From Candidatus Tagabacteria bacterium (GTDB lineage Bacteria; Patescibacteriota; Minisyncoccia; GCA-002779875), in NCBI GenBank assembly GCA_963820595.1, contig CAWGAO010000005.1, positions 3,853 to 67,852 on the forward strand: a stretch of DNA of 64,000 nt, given 5' to 3'. Made by a program: the position numbers and the translations under genes. The notes beneath the pieces were generated by a model. That model ran no database searches. It worked only from the letters and a program-made list of their open reading frames with translations, and was not told the origin of the DNA. Positions 34,773 to 44,986 of the stretch are shown piece after piece. Numbering within the stretch: the first letter of the stretch is position 1; each line of letters starts with the position of its first letter.

Positions 34773-36689
34773 ATGGATAACGACGAGATAGAGAGATTAA
34801 AAAAACGGCTTTATAGAAAAGGGGAAACTTTCAGGGAAAGAGAAATACGTTCGCCTCTTACTCCAACTTCCCAGAAAGCCAAAACATATTGGGAGGAAGC
34901 TTCTCCGGAAGAAGGCCGCTTGTCCTTTCCGGAACAGCCAAAATCAACCCTCGTTAAAAAACTTGTTATCGCCGCCGTGGTTGTGGTTTCTTTGGCGATT
35001 GCGGGAATTGTCGCTTATTTTTTAGCAGGAGGGATGTCCGTAGTATCATCCAGTAATATTGATATAAGCCTGGGAGGCCCGACAAGTATTAAAGGCGGTG
35101 AGTCGGGAAATTGGCAAGTCGCAATCACGAATAAAAATAAAACCAATCTGGAATTAGCCGACTTGATTATTGATTATCCCGAGGGCGCCCGGCCGATTTC
35201 CGGCGCCGTCAGCGGCACGAAAGCTTTTTCCGAACGCCGGTCTATCGGTCAGATTGGGGCCGGTCAAACCGTTACCGAAGCGATAGGCGCATATCTTTTC
35301 GGAGAAAAAGATACCGACCAAGTTTTTAAATTCACGCTTGAGTATCGCCCTCAAGGTTCAAACGCCATTTTGGCAAAGACGGCGGAGCAGTCTGTCCATT
35401 TGTTGCAATCTCCGGTGGAGGTATCCATTAATCTGCCCGACAGAATCAAACTCGGGAGAAGAGATTACTGCGGAGATAAAGATTATCTCAAATGCCCAAA
35501 CCATAATAAAAGATTTGACGCTGAAAATGGATTATCCATCAGGTTTTCAATATCAGTGATTCGGATTTAAAGCCGACTTCGGGCGACAACATTTGGCGTT
35601 TTGGCGATCTTGAGCCAAATAAAGGACGTACTATTAAAATTACAGGTACGCTTGAAGGACAGGACCAAATGAATCTTGTTTTTCATGCTTCGGCCGGCCC
35701 GCTCGATGAAAACGGAGAGGTTATCCCTTACGGAATTGCGGTTCAGAATATCACCCTTAAAAAACCGTTTTTGAGCATGGAAGTTAAGGTTAACGATAAA
35801 TCGGGAGAAACAATCGCGTCTGCCGGTAGCGATTTAAACTTGGCTATCAATTGGCAAAATACGCTGCCCGATAAAATTTATAATGCCGTTATTGAGGCGA
35901 AGCTAAACAGCCCGATAATTGATCAGCACACAATTTCCGCCACTAAAGGATTTTACAGAGGTTTTGACCAAGTCTTGGTTTGGAATCAATCAAGTTATCC
36001 CGATTTGGCGGAAATCGATCCGTTAGCTACGGGCGAAGCGTTGTTTAAATTTTCCGTTCTCGATTCTCTTTCGAATAGCGTTATTAAGCAAGGTAATCCG
36101 GTGATTTCCATAGATATAAAAATAAGCGGCGAAAGGGTGACCCAAGATCAAGGACGCATACAAGTCACAAATCATCTGACTAAAGAAATAAAAATCGCCA
36201 CTTTATTCCAGCTTAGCCGTCGGGGATTGTATTATTCGGGCCCGTTTAAAAATAGCGGACCATTGCCGCCAAAAGTCGGAAAGGAAACGACATATACGGT
36301 TGTTTGGTCATTGACCAATACTTCAAATAATGTTTCGGATGCCACTGTCAGCGCCTTTTTGCCTTCATATGTTAAGTGGCTGGGCGTGATTAATCCGGAA
36401 AATGCCAATATTTCTTATGACCAGTCGACGGGGCAGATAGTCTGGCAGGCGGGAACAGTTTCTGCCGGTAGCGGGGATTATTGCGCCAGCGCAGGAATTG
36501 GCGTTTCAAATTTCTTTTATGCCCAGCGCTTCTCAAACGGGAAACCAGCCGGTTTTGGTTTCCGAAGCCGCAGTCGGCGGCAAAGATACGTTTACCGGCA
36601 TCTTTTTCCACGACGTAAAACCGGCACTTACCACTTTTCTTGATACCGATCCGCAGTTTCAATATAATGAATCTTTTGTGAAGCAATAA
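34773..36689 (+). pseudogene. membrane-anchored hypothetical protein (~638 aa) with beta-sandwich-like repeats, 3-4 frameshifts
   Basis: Fragments are 34773-35570 (N-terminal TM LVIAAVVVVSLAIAGIVAYFLAG), 35338-35559, 35669-36643 and 36498-36689. Adjacent fragments read on into one another once the frame is shifted. Confidence 0.5.
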
Positions 36690-36693
36690 AAAA

Positions 36694-37992
36694 ATGGAAT
36701 CAAAATTGGACAAAATTGTTTCATTGGCAAAGAGGCGGGGTTTTATTTATCCCGGTTCGGAAATTTACGGCGGCTTGGCTGGCACGTGGGATTACGGCCC
36801 CTTGGGAAGCGAGCTAAAATTTAATCTTAAAGATGAATGGTGGAAAACAATGGTTAGAAATAGGGAGGATGTTGTTGGAGTGAGCGCCGCGATTTTAATG
36901 AATCCAAAAGTTTGGGAAGCATCTGGTCATCTTACGGCCGGTTTCGCCGATTTACTTGTTGAATGTAAAAAATGTCATAAAAGATTTAGAACCGAAGATT
37001 TGCGGGAGAAAAAATGTCCCGAGTGCGCCGGCGATTTAACCGAGCCGAAAAAATTTAATTTGATGATGAAAACTTTTGTCGGCGCAGTTGAGGATGAATC
37101 AACGACAACTTACCTTCGCGGAGAAATTACCCAGGGCGTTCATGTTAATTTTAAAAATGTTCTTAATTCCTCGCGCTTAAAAATCCCATTTGGCATAGCT
37201 CAAATCGGCAGAGCTTTCCGCAATGAAATTACGCCCGGAAATTTTACTTATCGCTCCAGGGAATTTGAACAAATGGAATTGCAATTTTACGTAAAACCGG
37301 ACGAAAAAGAAGAAAAGAAATGGTTTGAATATTGGAAATTGCAAAGAATGGATTGGTACAAAAATTTGGGAATGAAAAAAGAAAATTTGAGATTTAGAAA
37401 GCATGAGACAGATGAAAGGGCCCACTATGCCAAAGACGCTTGGGATATTGAATACAACACTCCTTTTGGCGGATGGAAAGAAATGGAGGGTATTCATGAT
37501 AGGGGAGATTGGGATTTGTCCCAGCACACAAAATATTCGAAACAGGACCTGAGTTATTTTGACGAAGAGATAAAAGAAAGATATATTCCATTTGTGATAG
37601 AGACTTCCGGTGGGGTGGATAGGGCAATGCTTTTCTTTTTAATAGATGCTTATGCCGAAGATGGCGACCGCGTAATTTTAAAACTGCATCCAAAACTGGC
37701 ACCGTATAAGGCCGCGGTTTTTCCGCTTTTGGCAAATAAACCGCAACTAGTGGAAAAGGCGAGAGGGATTTATAATGATTTGCGTAAAGAGTTTAATGTA
37801 GCTTGGGACGATAGGGGTAATATTGGCAAGCGTTATTATTCCCAGGATGAAATCGGCACTCCATGGTGCGTCACTGTTGATTTTGATACCTTGGAAAATA
37901 ATACCGTCACCATCCGCGACCGCGACACTGGAAAACAGGAAAGAGTTGACATAAAAGATCTTAACTGCTATCTTCTCAAAAGATTGAAATAA
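36694..37992 (+). CDS. glyQS: glycyl-tRNA synthetase (dimeric class II type)
   Basis: IVSLAKRRGFIYPGSEIYGGLAGTWDYGPLG is a canonical GlyRS N-terminus. 432 aa. Confidence 0.95.
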   Translation: MESKLDKIVSLAKRRGFIYPGSEIYGGLAGTWDYGPLGSELKFNLKDEWWKTMVRNREDVVGVSAAILMNPKVWEASGHLTAGFADLLVECKKCHKRFRTEDLREKKCPECAGDLTEPKKFNLMMKTFVGAVEDESTTTYLRGEITQGVHVNFKNVLNSSRLKIPFGIAQIGRAFRNEITPGNFTYRSREFEQMELQFYVKPDEKEEKKWFEYWKLQRMDWYKNLGMKKENLRFRKHETDERAHYAKDAWDIEYNTPFGGWKEMEGIHDRGDWDLSQHTKYSKQDLSYFDEEIKERYIPFVIETSGGVDRAMLFFLIDAYAEDGDRVILKLHPKLAPYKAAVFPLLANKPQLVEKARGIYNDLRKEFNVAWDDRGNIGKRYYSQDEIGTPWCVTVDFDTLENNTVTIRDRDTGKQERVDIKDLNCYLLKRLK

Positions 37993-38032
37993 GGGCTTTT
38001 GTCCAAAATTCTTTGAAAAAGGAGAATTAAAA

Positions 38033-38206
38033 ATGAAACATATTTTATCGCTTTCCGATAAAAACGACTTAAGGAGAATATGTAAACTTATGACTAAATA
38101 CGCCGAGATTATGAAAATTTTGAACGAGGATAGCAAGAAATCAACTGAAGGCGGGGCGTTCATGGAATATGAAGTTAAGATTGAACTTAAAGAGAAGTGG
38201 GCGTAA
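38033..38206 (+). CDS. small hypothetical protein (57 aa)
   Basis: AAAAGGAGA SD 7 nt upstream of the ATG. A strong terminator follows. Not in the ORF track because it is under 60 aa. Confidence 0.4.
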   Translation: MKHILSLSDKNDLRRICKLMTKYAEIMKILNEDSKKSTEGGAFMEYEVKIELKEKWA

Positions 38207-38249
38207 AACGAAAAATAAAATTTAATAAGCCATTTTTTCTTTTTGGATG

Positions 38250-38276
38250 GCGGGCCTTCGGCCCGCTTTTTGTTTT
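38250..38276 (+). terminator. rho-independent terminator
   Basis: GCGGGCC-ttcg-GGCCCGC followed by TTTTTGTTTTT. Confidence 0.85.
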
Positions 38277-38303
38277 TCAAGATTTTCATGTTAGATTTAA
38301 TTT

Positions 38304-39587
38304 ATGAAATACGAGAGAAAAGTTTTCAAAAATGGTCTTAGGGCGATTGTGGTGCCGATGGAAAACACCGAAGCGGTTACGCTTTTGGTTTTAGTGGGCA
38401 CGGGTTCGCGATATGAAGATAAGGATATCGGCGGCATCTCCCATTTCTTGGAACATTTGTTTTTTAAAGGAACTAAAAGCCGGCCGACACCCGGTCAAAT
38501 TTCGCGTACATTGGATAAAATCGGCGCCGTATACAACGCTTTTACTTCAAAGGAATTTACGGGTTTTTGGGTTAAATCGGCTTTTTCGGAGTTCGACATC
38601 GCTTTGGATATAGTTTCCGATATTTTACTTGAACCCATTTTTAAGAAAGAAGAAATTGAGAAAGAGCGCGGCGTTATTTTCCAGGAAAAAAATATGCGGG
38701 AAGACATGCCATACGCGAGAGCCGCGGACATTCTGGAAAATGTTTTATACGGCGACACGCCTCTCGGCCGCGATATCATCGGAACCGAAGAGAGCATCGG
38801 AAAAATAAAGCGCGACCAAATCGTAAATTATCTAAAGGCTTATTATTTCGGTTCGAATGCGGTTGTCGCGGTAGCGGGAAATATCGGCGCAAAAGATGCT
38901 TTTGTGAAGTTAGAGAAAGCGTTCAGAAAAATGCCGCGAGGAAAAATCAGACCGAAAAAAAAAGTCGGCGATGTCCAAAAAGCCCCGCAGATTAAACTGA
39001 TTGAAAAGCAGACAGACCAGATGCATTTTGCGATGGCACTTCGCGCTTACAATATGTTTGACGAAAAGAAATACGCGTTGGGCCTGTTGTCCACTATTTT
39101 TGGGGGTAATCTTTCCAGCCGTTTATGGATGGAAATCAGAGAAAAACTCGGCCTCGCCTATTATGTCGGTTCGAGCGGCGAACAGTACACCGATGTCGGG
39201 TATTTGGCCATCAAAGCCGGCGTGCCTCACGAAAAACTCGGAAAAGTTCTGGAAAAAGTTGTTGAAATTATCAAAAATATAAAGAGAGTCGGGGTTTCCG
39301 AAAGAGAGTTAAAAGACGCTAAAAGTTTTACGCGCGGTCGTTTCGCCTTGAGCCTTGAATCTTCGGACGAAGTCGCCATGTTTTATGCGGAGCAGGAGTT
39401 GTTGTTAGAAGAGATTCTTCAGCCCGAGGATATTTTAGAAAAGATTGGAAAAGTTTCTAAAAGTGATATTCTTAAGATAGAAACCGATATTTTCAGGTCG
39501 GGAAAAAGCAATCTGGTGGCGATTGGCCGACACGGAAATATAAAAAATCAAGAGCAGCTGTATAAAAAAATATTCGATAAAATATGA
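38304..39587 (+). CDS. M16 family zinc peptidase (second copy)
   Basis: HxxEH motif SHFLEHLFFKGT. 427 aa. Paralogous to 1692-2975. Confidence 0.85.
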   Translation: MKYERKVFKNGLRAIVVPMENTEAVTLLVLVGTGSRYEDKDIGGISHFLEHLFFKGTKSRPTPGQISRTLDKIGAVYNAFTSKEFTGFWVKSAFSEFDIALDIVSDILLEPIFKKEEIEKERGVIFQEKNMREDMPYARAADILENVLYGDTPLGRDIIGTEESIGKIKRDQIVNYLKAYYFGSNAVVAVAGNIGAKDAFVKLEKAFRKMPRGKIRPKKKVGDVQKAPQIKLIEKQTDQMHFAMALRAYNMFDEKKYALGLLSTIFGGNLSSRLWMEIREKLGLAYYVGSSGEQYTDVGYLAIKAGVPHEKLGKVLEKVVEIIKNIKRVGVSERELKDAKSFTRGRFALSLESSDEVAMFYAEQELLLEEILQPEDILEKIGKVSKSDILKIETDIFRSGKSNLVAIGRHGNIKNQEQLYKKIFDKI

Positions 39588-40630
39588 GTCCCGATAAAAA
39601 AGATAACTTTAAAATTGAGATTACTACCGGCACAATTATCCGCGTCTTTCTTTTGGCATTGTTGGTGGTTTTTCTTTATCTTTTGCGTCACATTTTGGCT
39701 ATATTCCTGTTCGCCGTGGTAATCGCTTCTGCCATTGAACCGGTTGCCCACTGGGGCAAGCGTCATCATATCCCCCGGGTTTTATCGGTTATAGGTATTT
39801 ACGTTGGCGCCATCGGTTTGCTGAGTATGGTTTTTTACCTGATTATTCCTACTCTCTTTTCGGAGTTTCTTGATTTTGTAAATAACATTTCTTCCGGATT
39901 GGTCGCGAAATCTCAAATTCAAACCTTATTCGGTTTGGTGCCAAATTTGCCGGAAGCCCTTTCCGGAGCGTTGGTACAGCTCTTTGTCGGTTTGCAGGGC
40001 ACGATTGAAAATTTTACTTCCGGATTTTTTGAAACTGCCGCTACCGTTTTCGGAGGAGCTTTTTCTTTAATTTTGATTGTGGTAGTTTCCTTTTATTTGT
40101 CGGTTCAAGAGCACGGCATCGAAAAGTTCCTAAGGATAGTTGTGCCGGCTAAATATGAAAATTATATTCTTGATCTCTGGCTTCGTTCCCAGTACAAAAT
40201 AGGACGTTGGCTTCAGGGCCAGATTTTGCTTGGAGTTTTGTTGGGCGTTTTAGTTTTTCTTGGTTTGACGATTTTGGGCATCAAGTACGCGTTGATGCTC
40301 GCAATACTGACGGCCGTATTCTCATTGATTCCCCTCTTCGGTTCAATTTTATCGGCTTTGCCGGCTGTCGGTATCGCTTTTCTTCAGAGCCCTTCCCTGG
40401 CATTGGTAGTTATCGTTTTGTATATTATTATCCATCAATTTGAAAGCCATCTTATTTATCCGGTTGTAATGAGGCAGATAATCGGCGTACCTTCCATTTT
40501 GGTAATACTTGCCATGATTATCGGCGGGACGCTTGGCGGGCTCTGGGGCATTATTTTAGCCGTTCCCGTAACTGCCGTTGTCATTGAATTTCTAAACGAT
40601 GTTTCCGCCAAGAAGCAGTCTCTAATTTAA
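39584..40630 (+). CDS. AI-2E family transporter (PerM/UPF0118)
   Basis: 348 aa with about 8 TM helices. Family-typical LIPLFGSILSALPAVGIAFL and IYPVVM segments. 4-nt overlap with the upstream gene. Confidence 0.75.
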   Translation: MSPDKKDNFKIEITTGTIIRVFLLALLVVFLYLLRHILAIFLFAVVIASAIEPVAHWGKRHHIPRVLSVIGIYVGAIGLLSMVFYLIIPTLFSEFLDFVNNISSGLVAKSQIQTLFGLVPNLPEALSGALVQLFVGLQGTIENFTSGFFETAATVFGGAFSLILIVVVSFYLSVQEHGIEKFLRIVVPAKYENYILDLWLRSQYKIGRWLQGQILLGVLLGVLVFLGLTILGIKYALMLAILTAVFSLIPLFGSILSALPAVGIAFLQSPSLALVVIVLYIIIHQFESHLIYPVVMRQIIGVPSILVILAMIIGGTLGGLWGIILAVPVTAVVIEFLNDVSAKKQSLI

Positions 40631-40632
40631 AG

Positions 40633-40808
40633 GAAAAATAAGAAGCGTTAGCGATTATATTTTTCCCAACCCCCTCTTTTACACCCAAATATTCTTTTTA
40701 TAGCTATATGTAAAAACCAAAAATAATTACTGAAATTGACATTAGATTAAAATTTTGGGGTTAAAAGAGGGGGTTCTCATAAATTATATTCGTTTCGCTC
40801 ATTAATTT
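40633..40808 (+). repeat. modular palindromic intergenic element, copy D
   Basis: M is GAAAAATAAGAAGCgttaGCGATTATATTTTTC. Stem is CCCCCTCTTTTACACCC (40670-40686) paired with GGGGTTAAAAGAGGGGG (40757-40773). M' (TCTCATAAATTATATTCGTTTCGCTCATTAATTT) runs to ATG 40809. Confidence 0.9.
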
Positions 40809-42233
40809 ATGGAAAAATTCTACGTTACAACTGCTATTGATTATGTAAACGCGGCGCCTCATTTGGGTCATGCTCTCGAAAAGACGCAGGCGGATATAAT
40901 AGCGCGATACCAAAGGCTTCTAGGAAAAGACGTCTTTTTTTTGACGGGCACCGATGAACACGGCGCAAAAGTTGCTAAAGCGGCAGCACTTCAGAATAAA
41001 GAGCCGGAAGATTTTGTCGATGAAATCGTTGAGAATTACAAAAAGCTGGTCAAGGAATTAAATATTTCAAACGATGATTTTATCAGAACCTCGGATAAAG
41101 CCCGCCACTGGCCCGGCGCCGAGGCGCTTTGGAAAAAACTCGCCGCCAAAGGAGATATTTATAAGGCTAATTATAAAGGTCTTTATTGCGTTGGATGCGA
41201 AGCGTTTATTACAAAAAAAGATTTAGTCAACGGAAAGTGCGCGATTCATAATCAGGAACCGGAAGAGATAAATGAGGAAAATTATTTCTTTAAATTATCG
41301 GCATATCAGGAAAAGATTAAAAGCGCCATAACTTCCGGAAGGTTGAATATTATTCCCGAATCGAGAAAAAACGAAGTGCTCGGGATGATTGCCGTAGGAT
41401 TAGAAGATGTTAGTTTTTCAAGGCCGGCAAAAGATATTCCTTGGGGCATTCCGGTGCCGGGCGACAAATCGCAAACGATGTATGTCTGGGCCGACGCCTT
41501 AACAAATTACATTTCCGCTCTCGGCTACGGCTCAAAAGATGAATCAAAATTTAAAAAATATTGGCCTGCCGACGTTCAGGTAATCGGCAAGGACATTTTG
41601 CGCTTCCATGCTTTGATTTTGCCGGCGATGCTTATTTCGGCTGGCATTGAATTGCCGAAAAATATTCTTGTGCACGGTCACCTTACGGTTGATGGCAAAA
41701 AAATGTCCAAATCTTTGGGTAATGTCATTGATCCGTTTGACCTTATCGCGCGGTACGGTACTGACGCGGTGCGTTATTATTTGTCCCGCGAAATTTTGAC
41801 AGCCGAAGACGGGGACATCACCGAGGAAAAATTTAAAACTGCGTATAACGCTAATTTGGCGAACGGCTTGGGAAATCTGGTAAGTAGAATTATGAAGATG
41901 GCCGCGAGCTACCTTGAAGTTTGCCCGGAGTTGCCCGAGAAGTCTATCCCCGAAAACTTTATCGAAGCCTTGGCTAATTATGAAATTAATAAAGCAGCCG
42001 ATATTATTTGGCGAAAGATTGGCGAATTAGACGGTAAAATTCAAACAACAGAGCCGTTCAAATTAATCAAAACCGACAAAGAAGCGGCTATTAAAATTGT
42101 TAAAGAGCTGGTTATTGACCTCTATACCATTGGTCGGATGCTCAATCCGATTATGCCGGCGACTTCGGCCATCATCAAATCGACGGTCAAATCCAACAAA
42201 ATGCCCGAACCGCTGTTTGTAAGAAAAGAATAA
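40809..42233 (+). CDS. metG: methionyl-tRNA synthetase (short form)
   Basis: AIDYVNAAPHLGHALEK (HIGH-type motif) and KMSKSLGN. Confidence 0.95.
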   Translation: MEKFYVTTAIDYVNAAPHLGHALEKTQADIIARYQRLLGKDVFFLTGTDEHGAKVAKAAALQNKEPEDFVDEIVENYKKLVKELNISNDDFIRTSDKARHWPGAEALWKKLAAKGDIYKANYKGLYCVGCEAFITKKDLVNGKCAIHNQEPEEINEENYFFKLSAYQEKIKSAITSGRLNIIPESRKNEVLGMIAVGLEDVSFSRPAKDIPWGIPVPGDKSQTMYVWADALTNYISALGYGSKDESKFKKYWPADVQVIGKDILRFHALILPAMLISAGIELPKNILVHGHLTVDGKKMSKSLGNVIDPFDLIARYGTDAVRYYLSREILTAEDGDITEEKFKTAYNANLANGLGNLVSRIMKMAASYLEVCPELPEKSIPENFIEALANYEINKAADIIWRKIGELDGKIQTTEPFKLIKTDKEAAIKIVKELVIDLYTIGRMLNPIMPATSAIIKSTVKSNKMPEPLFVRKE

Positions 42234-42290
42234 TTTTGTTATTCTTTTAGCGAGATAGAAGCTTGAAAAATTTAATGGAGGGCGGATATT

Positions 42291-42650
42291 ATGGAGATAA
42301 TCCAGAAAGAAGTTTTTTGCAGGATAGGCAGAGACCATCAGAGCGGTTATTTGTTCATTGGAAAATTGAGAATCGGTAATCTTGACGAGAAAATTGCGGA
42401 TTTGGTGTGCCAGAGACTTGGCATGGATCCGAAAGAGCTTCATGACAAAACATGCATTATTAAAAAATTCGACGTGCAGAGCATTGTCGGAGACGATTAT
42501 CTGGCGGAAAAGGTTGTGAAGCTTAAATTTGCTATAGCGATATCGGTTGAAGAATGCGAGCTTGTTGATGATAAGGAGGCTAAAGATGAAAAAGAGGAAC
42601 TTAAGAAGCTTCCCGAAAGCCCTACTTTGGTTGAAGAAAAGGAATCCTAA
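42291..42650 (+). CDS. hypothetical acidic protein
   Basis: 119-aa ORF. GGAGGG SD. Terminator downstream. Confidence 0.35.
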   Translation: MEIIQKEVFCRIGRDHQSGYLFIGKLRIGNLDEKIADLVCQRLGMDPKELHDKTCIIKKFDVQSIVGDDYLAEKVVKLKFAIAISVEECELVDDKEAKDEKEELKKLPESPTLVEEKES

Positions 42651-42668
42651 TAAATAAGTTAAAAATAC

Positions 42669-42699
42669 AGACGCCCGCAAAGGGCGTCTTTGTGTTTTG
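42669..42699 (+). terminator. rho-independent terminator
   Basis: AGACGCCC-gcaaa-GGGCGTCT followed by TTGTGTTTT. Confidence 0.75.
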
Positions 42700-42747
42700 T
42701 GTAAAATCGAAAGTCGGATAAAATAATAATTGTTAGCAGATAATTTT

Positions 42748-43527
42748 ATGCTAATAGATACCCATTGCCATTTGGATTTTCAAGATTTTGATTCGGACAG
42801 AGATGAGGTAATTAAGCGCGCTTATGAAGGCGGCGTGACGAAAATGATTACCATTGGTTGCAGTGCGGACTTGGAAAAGACAAGAAAAACCATTGAAATT
42901 GCGAAAAGCCGCGATTTCATTTTTGCCGCTTGCGGGCTTCATCCTCAAGAAGCGGGAAAGGGCGATGAAAAATTTTTCTCGCAATTGAGAAAATTAATAT
43001 CTGGGCCGAAAGTCGTCGCGATAGGCGAATGCGGTTTGGAGTATTACGGAATTCATAATAATCCCGAGGCGCGCGAAAAACAAAAAGAAGTATTTTTGAA
43101 GCATCTTGATTTGGCAAAAAAAAATGACAAACCGGTGATTATCCATTCCCGCAGGGCTTATCCGGAAATTATGGAAATTTTAAAAAAAGAAAAAGAAAAA
43201 AATCCGGGACTTTCGGGCGTAGTCCATTGTTTTGTCGGCCGCTTTTCCCAGGCGGAAGAATTTTTGAAATTGGGATTTTTAATTTCTTTTACCGGCATTA
43301 TTACTTATGCCAGGGATTACGATAAAGTCATAAAAGCCATTCCGCTTGAAAAAATTATGATTGAAACCGATGCGCCTTTAATTTCGCCCGAACCTTATCG
43401 CGGCAAAAGAAACGAACCGCTTTATGTAAAATACGTCGCCGAAAAAATCGCCGAGATAAAAGGATTAAGCTTTGAAGAAGTTTCAGCGGCGACAACAAAA
43501 AACGCCGAAAAATTGTTCGGCATCTGA
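42748..43527 (+). CDS. tatD: TatD family metal-dependent hydrolase
   Basis: MLIDTHCHLDF, GECGLEY, IHSR, HCF and ETDAP motifs. Confidence 0.9.
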   Translation: MLIDTHCHLDFQDFDSDRDEVIKRAYEGGVTKMITIGCSADLEKTRKTIEIAKSRDFIFAACGLHPQEAGKGDEKFFSQLRKLISGPKVVAIGECGLEYYGIHNNPEAREKQKEVFLKHLDLAKKNDKPVIIHSRRAYPEIMEILKKEKEKNPGLSGVVHCFVGRFSQAEEFLKLGFLISFTGIITYARDYDKVIKAIPLEKIMIETDAPLISPEPYRGKRNEPLYVKYVAEKIAEIKGLSFEEVSAATTKNAEKLFGI

Positions 43528-43555
43528 TTTCAAAATTTGTTTTCCTGCGCAATAA

Positions 43556-43585
43556 AAACCCGTTGATTTCTCAACGGGTTTTTTA
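43556..43585. terminator. bidirectional rho-independent terminator
   Basis: AAACCCGTTGA-tttc-TCAACGGGTTT flanked by A/T runs, between convergent tatD and ald. Confidence 0.8.
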
Positions 43586-43593
43586 TATTTTAT

Positions 43594-44634
43594 CTATTCG
43601 ATTTTTGCCGCTTGGGCCAAAACCGGATTTTCTTCCAAGGCCTTTTCCCAGCCTTTATTGGCAACTTCCAGGATATACGGAAGCGTTTTTTCCACGAGAG
43701 TCGGTGTTGAACTCCTGGGAACCGCGCCGGGCATATTGGCGACGCAGTAATGGATTACGCCTTCTTCGACGAAAACAGGATTATCATGCGTGGTCGGCCG
43801 GGATGTTTCAGCGCATCCACCTTCGTCAATGGAAGGGTCCACAATAACCGAACCCTGCTGCATTGACTTCACCATTTCGCGAGTTATCAATTTTGGCGCA
43901 CCCTCTCCTTTCGCGGCCGCGGCGCAAATGATGAGGTCGGTGAAGGGAATAATTTTTTTAATGCGTTGTTCGACAGAAGTAATTCTTTTTTCTAATAGTC
44001 CCGATCCGAATTCCATAAAGCCGGAACTGACCGGTATTAATTCTTCATTTTTATCAAAACCGATGGCGCAACTTCCCCTCTCTCTTAAAAGCCTAAAAGC
44101 TGTTTTACCTAAAGACCCTTTGCAGCCTATAACTATTGCTGCGGCATTTTTTAGCAATATGCCTTTTCCGCCGTTTTCTCTTCTTAAGTAATGCGCGGCG
44201 GCGTCAACGGAAATTTCCGCTGCGACTTCACTCATTGCTTTTAAAATCGGCCGGGAGCCGTCAGGAAGCTGGATGTTTTCATAAGGCAGAGTTCTGATTT
44301 TTTTCTCCAGAATAATTTTTTTAAGTGACATATTCGCCGGGAAATGGAAAAAGGCGAAAAGAATTAAGTTTTCACTTAGGAATGGATATTCTTCGGCAAG
44401 CGGCTCTTTTACCTTGATGACCATGCCTGAGTTCCGCCAGACATCTTGGCGATTAGTGACTAAAGCACCTGCTCGCTCGAAATCGCCATCAGAAAAACCG
44501 CTTCCAAGTCCCGCTCCATTCTCTATTAGAACTACAATATGATAATTTACAACAAGAGTTTTAACCACATTAGGGGTTAGTCCCACCCGATATTCATGAT
44601 TTTTAATCTCTTTCGGTATTCCGATTACCACCAT
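43594..44634 (-). CDS. ald: alanine dehydrogenase / PNT-family dehydrogenase
   Basis: VIGIPKEIKNHEYRVGLTPNVVKTL N-terminus and an NAD-binding VIGCKGSLGKTA segment. Confidence 0.8.
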   Translation of the reverse strand: MVVIGIPKEIKNHEYRVGLTPNVVKTLVVNYHIVVLIENGAGLGSGFSDGDFERAGALVTNRQDVWRNSGMVIKVKEPLAEEYPFLSENLILFAFFHFPANMSLKKIILEKKIRTLPYENIQLPDGSRPILKAMSEVAAEISVDAAAHYLRRENGGKGILLKNAAAIVIGCKGSLGKTAFRLLRERGSCAIGFDKNEELIPVSSGFMEFGSGLLEKRITSVEQRIKKIIPFTDLIICAAAAKGEGAPKLITREMVKSMQQGSVIVDPSIDEGGCAETSRPTTHDNPVFVEEGVIHYCVANMPGAVPRSSTPTLVEKTLPYILEVANKGWEKALEENPVLAQAAKIE

Positions 44635-44649
44635 TGTTTTTACTCCTTT

Positions 44650-44713
44650 TCCCGACGTGAAGTCGGGATCCCGACTTCTTTATTTTAAAAGAACTATTAT
44701 GAAGCGGCGGGAC
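44650..44713. repeat. 64-bp palindromic repeat, copy 2 (inverted relative to 19720-19783)
   Basis: Contains the 20-bp perfect palindrome GAAGTCGGGATCCCGACTTC (44659-44678). Lies directly upstream of the ald SD. Confidence 0.9.
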
Positions 44714-44785
44714 AATGAGCTTTTATTTAAAACTTTTGCTGAAATTCTACCTTTTGTCTATAAAAAAGTCAAGTATCATATTCTC

Positions 44786-44814
44786 TTGACAGATTTTTTA
44801 GCGGTTGCTACTCT
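44786..44814 (+). promoter_or_regulatory. candidate promoter of the secreted-protein operon
   Basis: TTGACA-17 nt-TACTCT. Confidence 0.5.
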
Positions 44815-44884
44815 CTTTTTAGATGGTATTGCCCCGGCTATAGACATGCGGGCGAAACCGAAGAAAGGAAAGGGCAGTTGAGCT

Positions 44885-44937
44885 AAACTCGACATCGACT
44901 CTATCCCTAGCGGGTAGATTTTGGTGTCGAGTTTTTT
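44885..44937 (+). promoter_or_regulatory. terminator-like hairpin inside a 5' leader (possible attenuator or unknown riboswitch expression platform)
   Basis: AAACTCGACA (44885-44894) pairs with TGTCGAGTTT (44925-44934), followed by TTT. It lies between the promoter at 44786 and ATG 44987. Confidence 0.4.
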
Positions 44938-44986
44938 GTAAGTAAGATTGTCCTGTTCTTTGAAAAAAGAAAGAGAGGTAAAGACA

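Noticed and set aside
37747-38289. 180-aa minus-strand ORF
   Set aside because: It overlaps the 3' end of glyQS antisense, is low-complexity and has no SD. The plus strand here has a small SD-preceded ORF (38033-38206) followed by a strong plus-strand terminator.
19720-44713. The 64-bp inverted repeats as termini of a 25-kb composite transposon or invertible segment
   Set aside because: The interval contains core genes (argS, ileS, recO, glyQS, metG, tatD, ald) and no transposase or invertase. Dispersed copies of a small element are the simpler explanation. An inversion polymorphism cannot be excluded without reads.
44657-44881. 74-aa plus-strand ORF
   Set aside because: It starts at a non-ATG codon inside the 64-bp palindromic repeat and runs across the promoter and leader of the 44987 gene. 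It has no SD.
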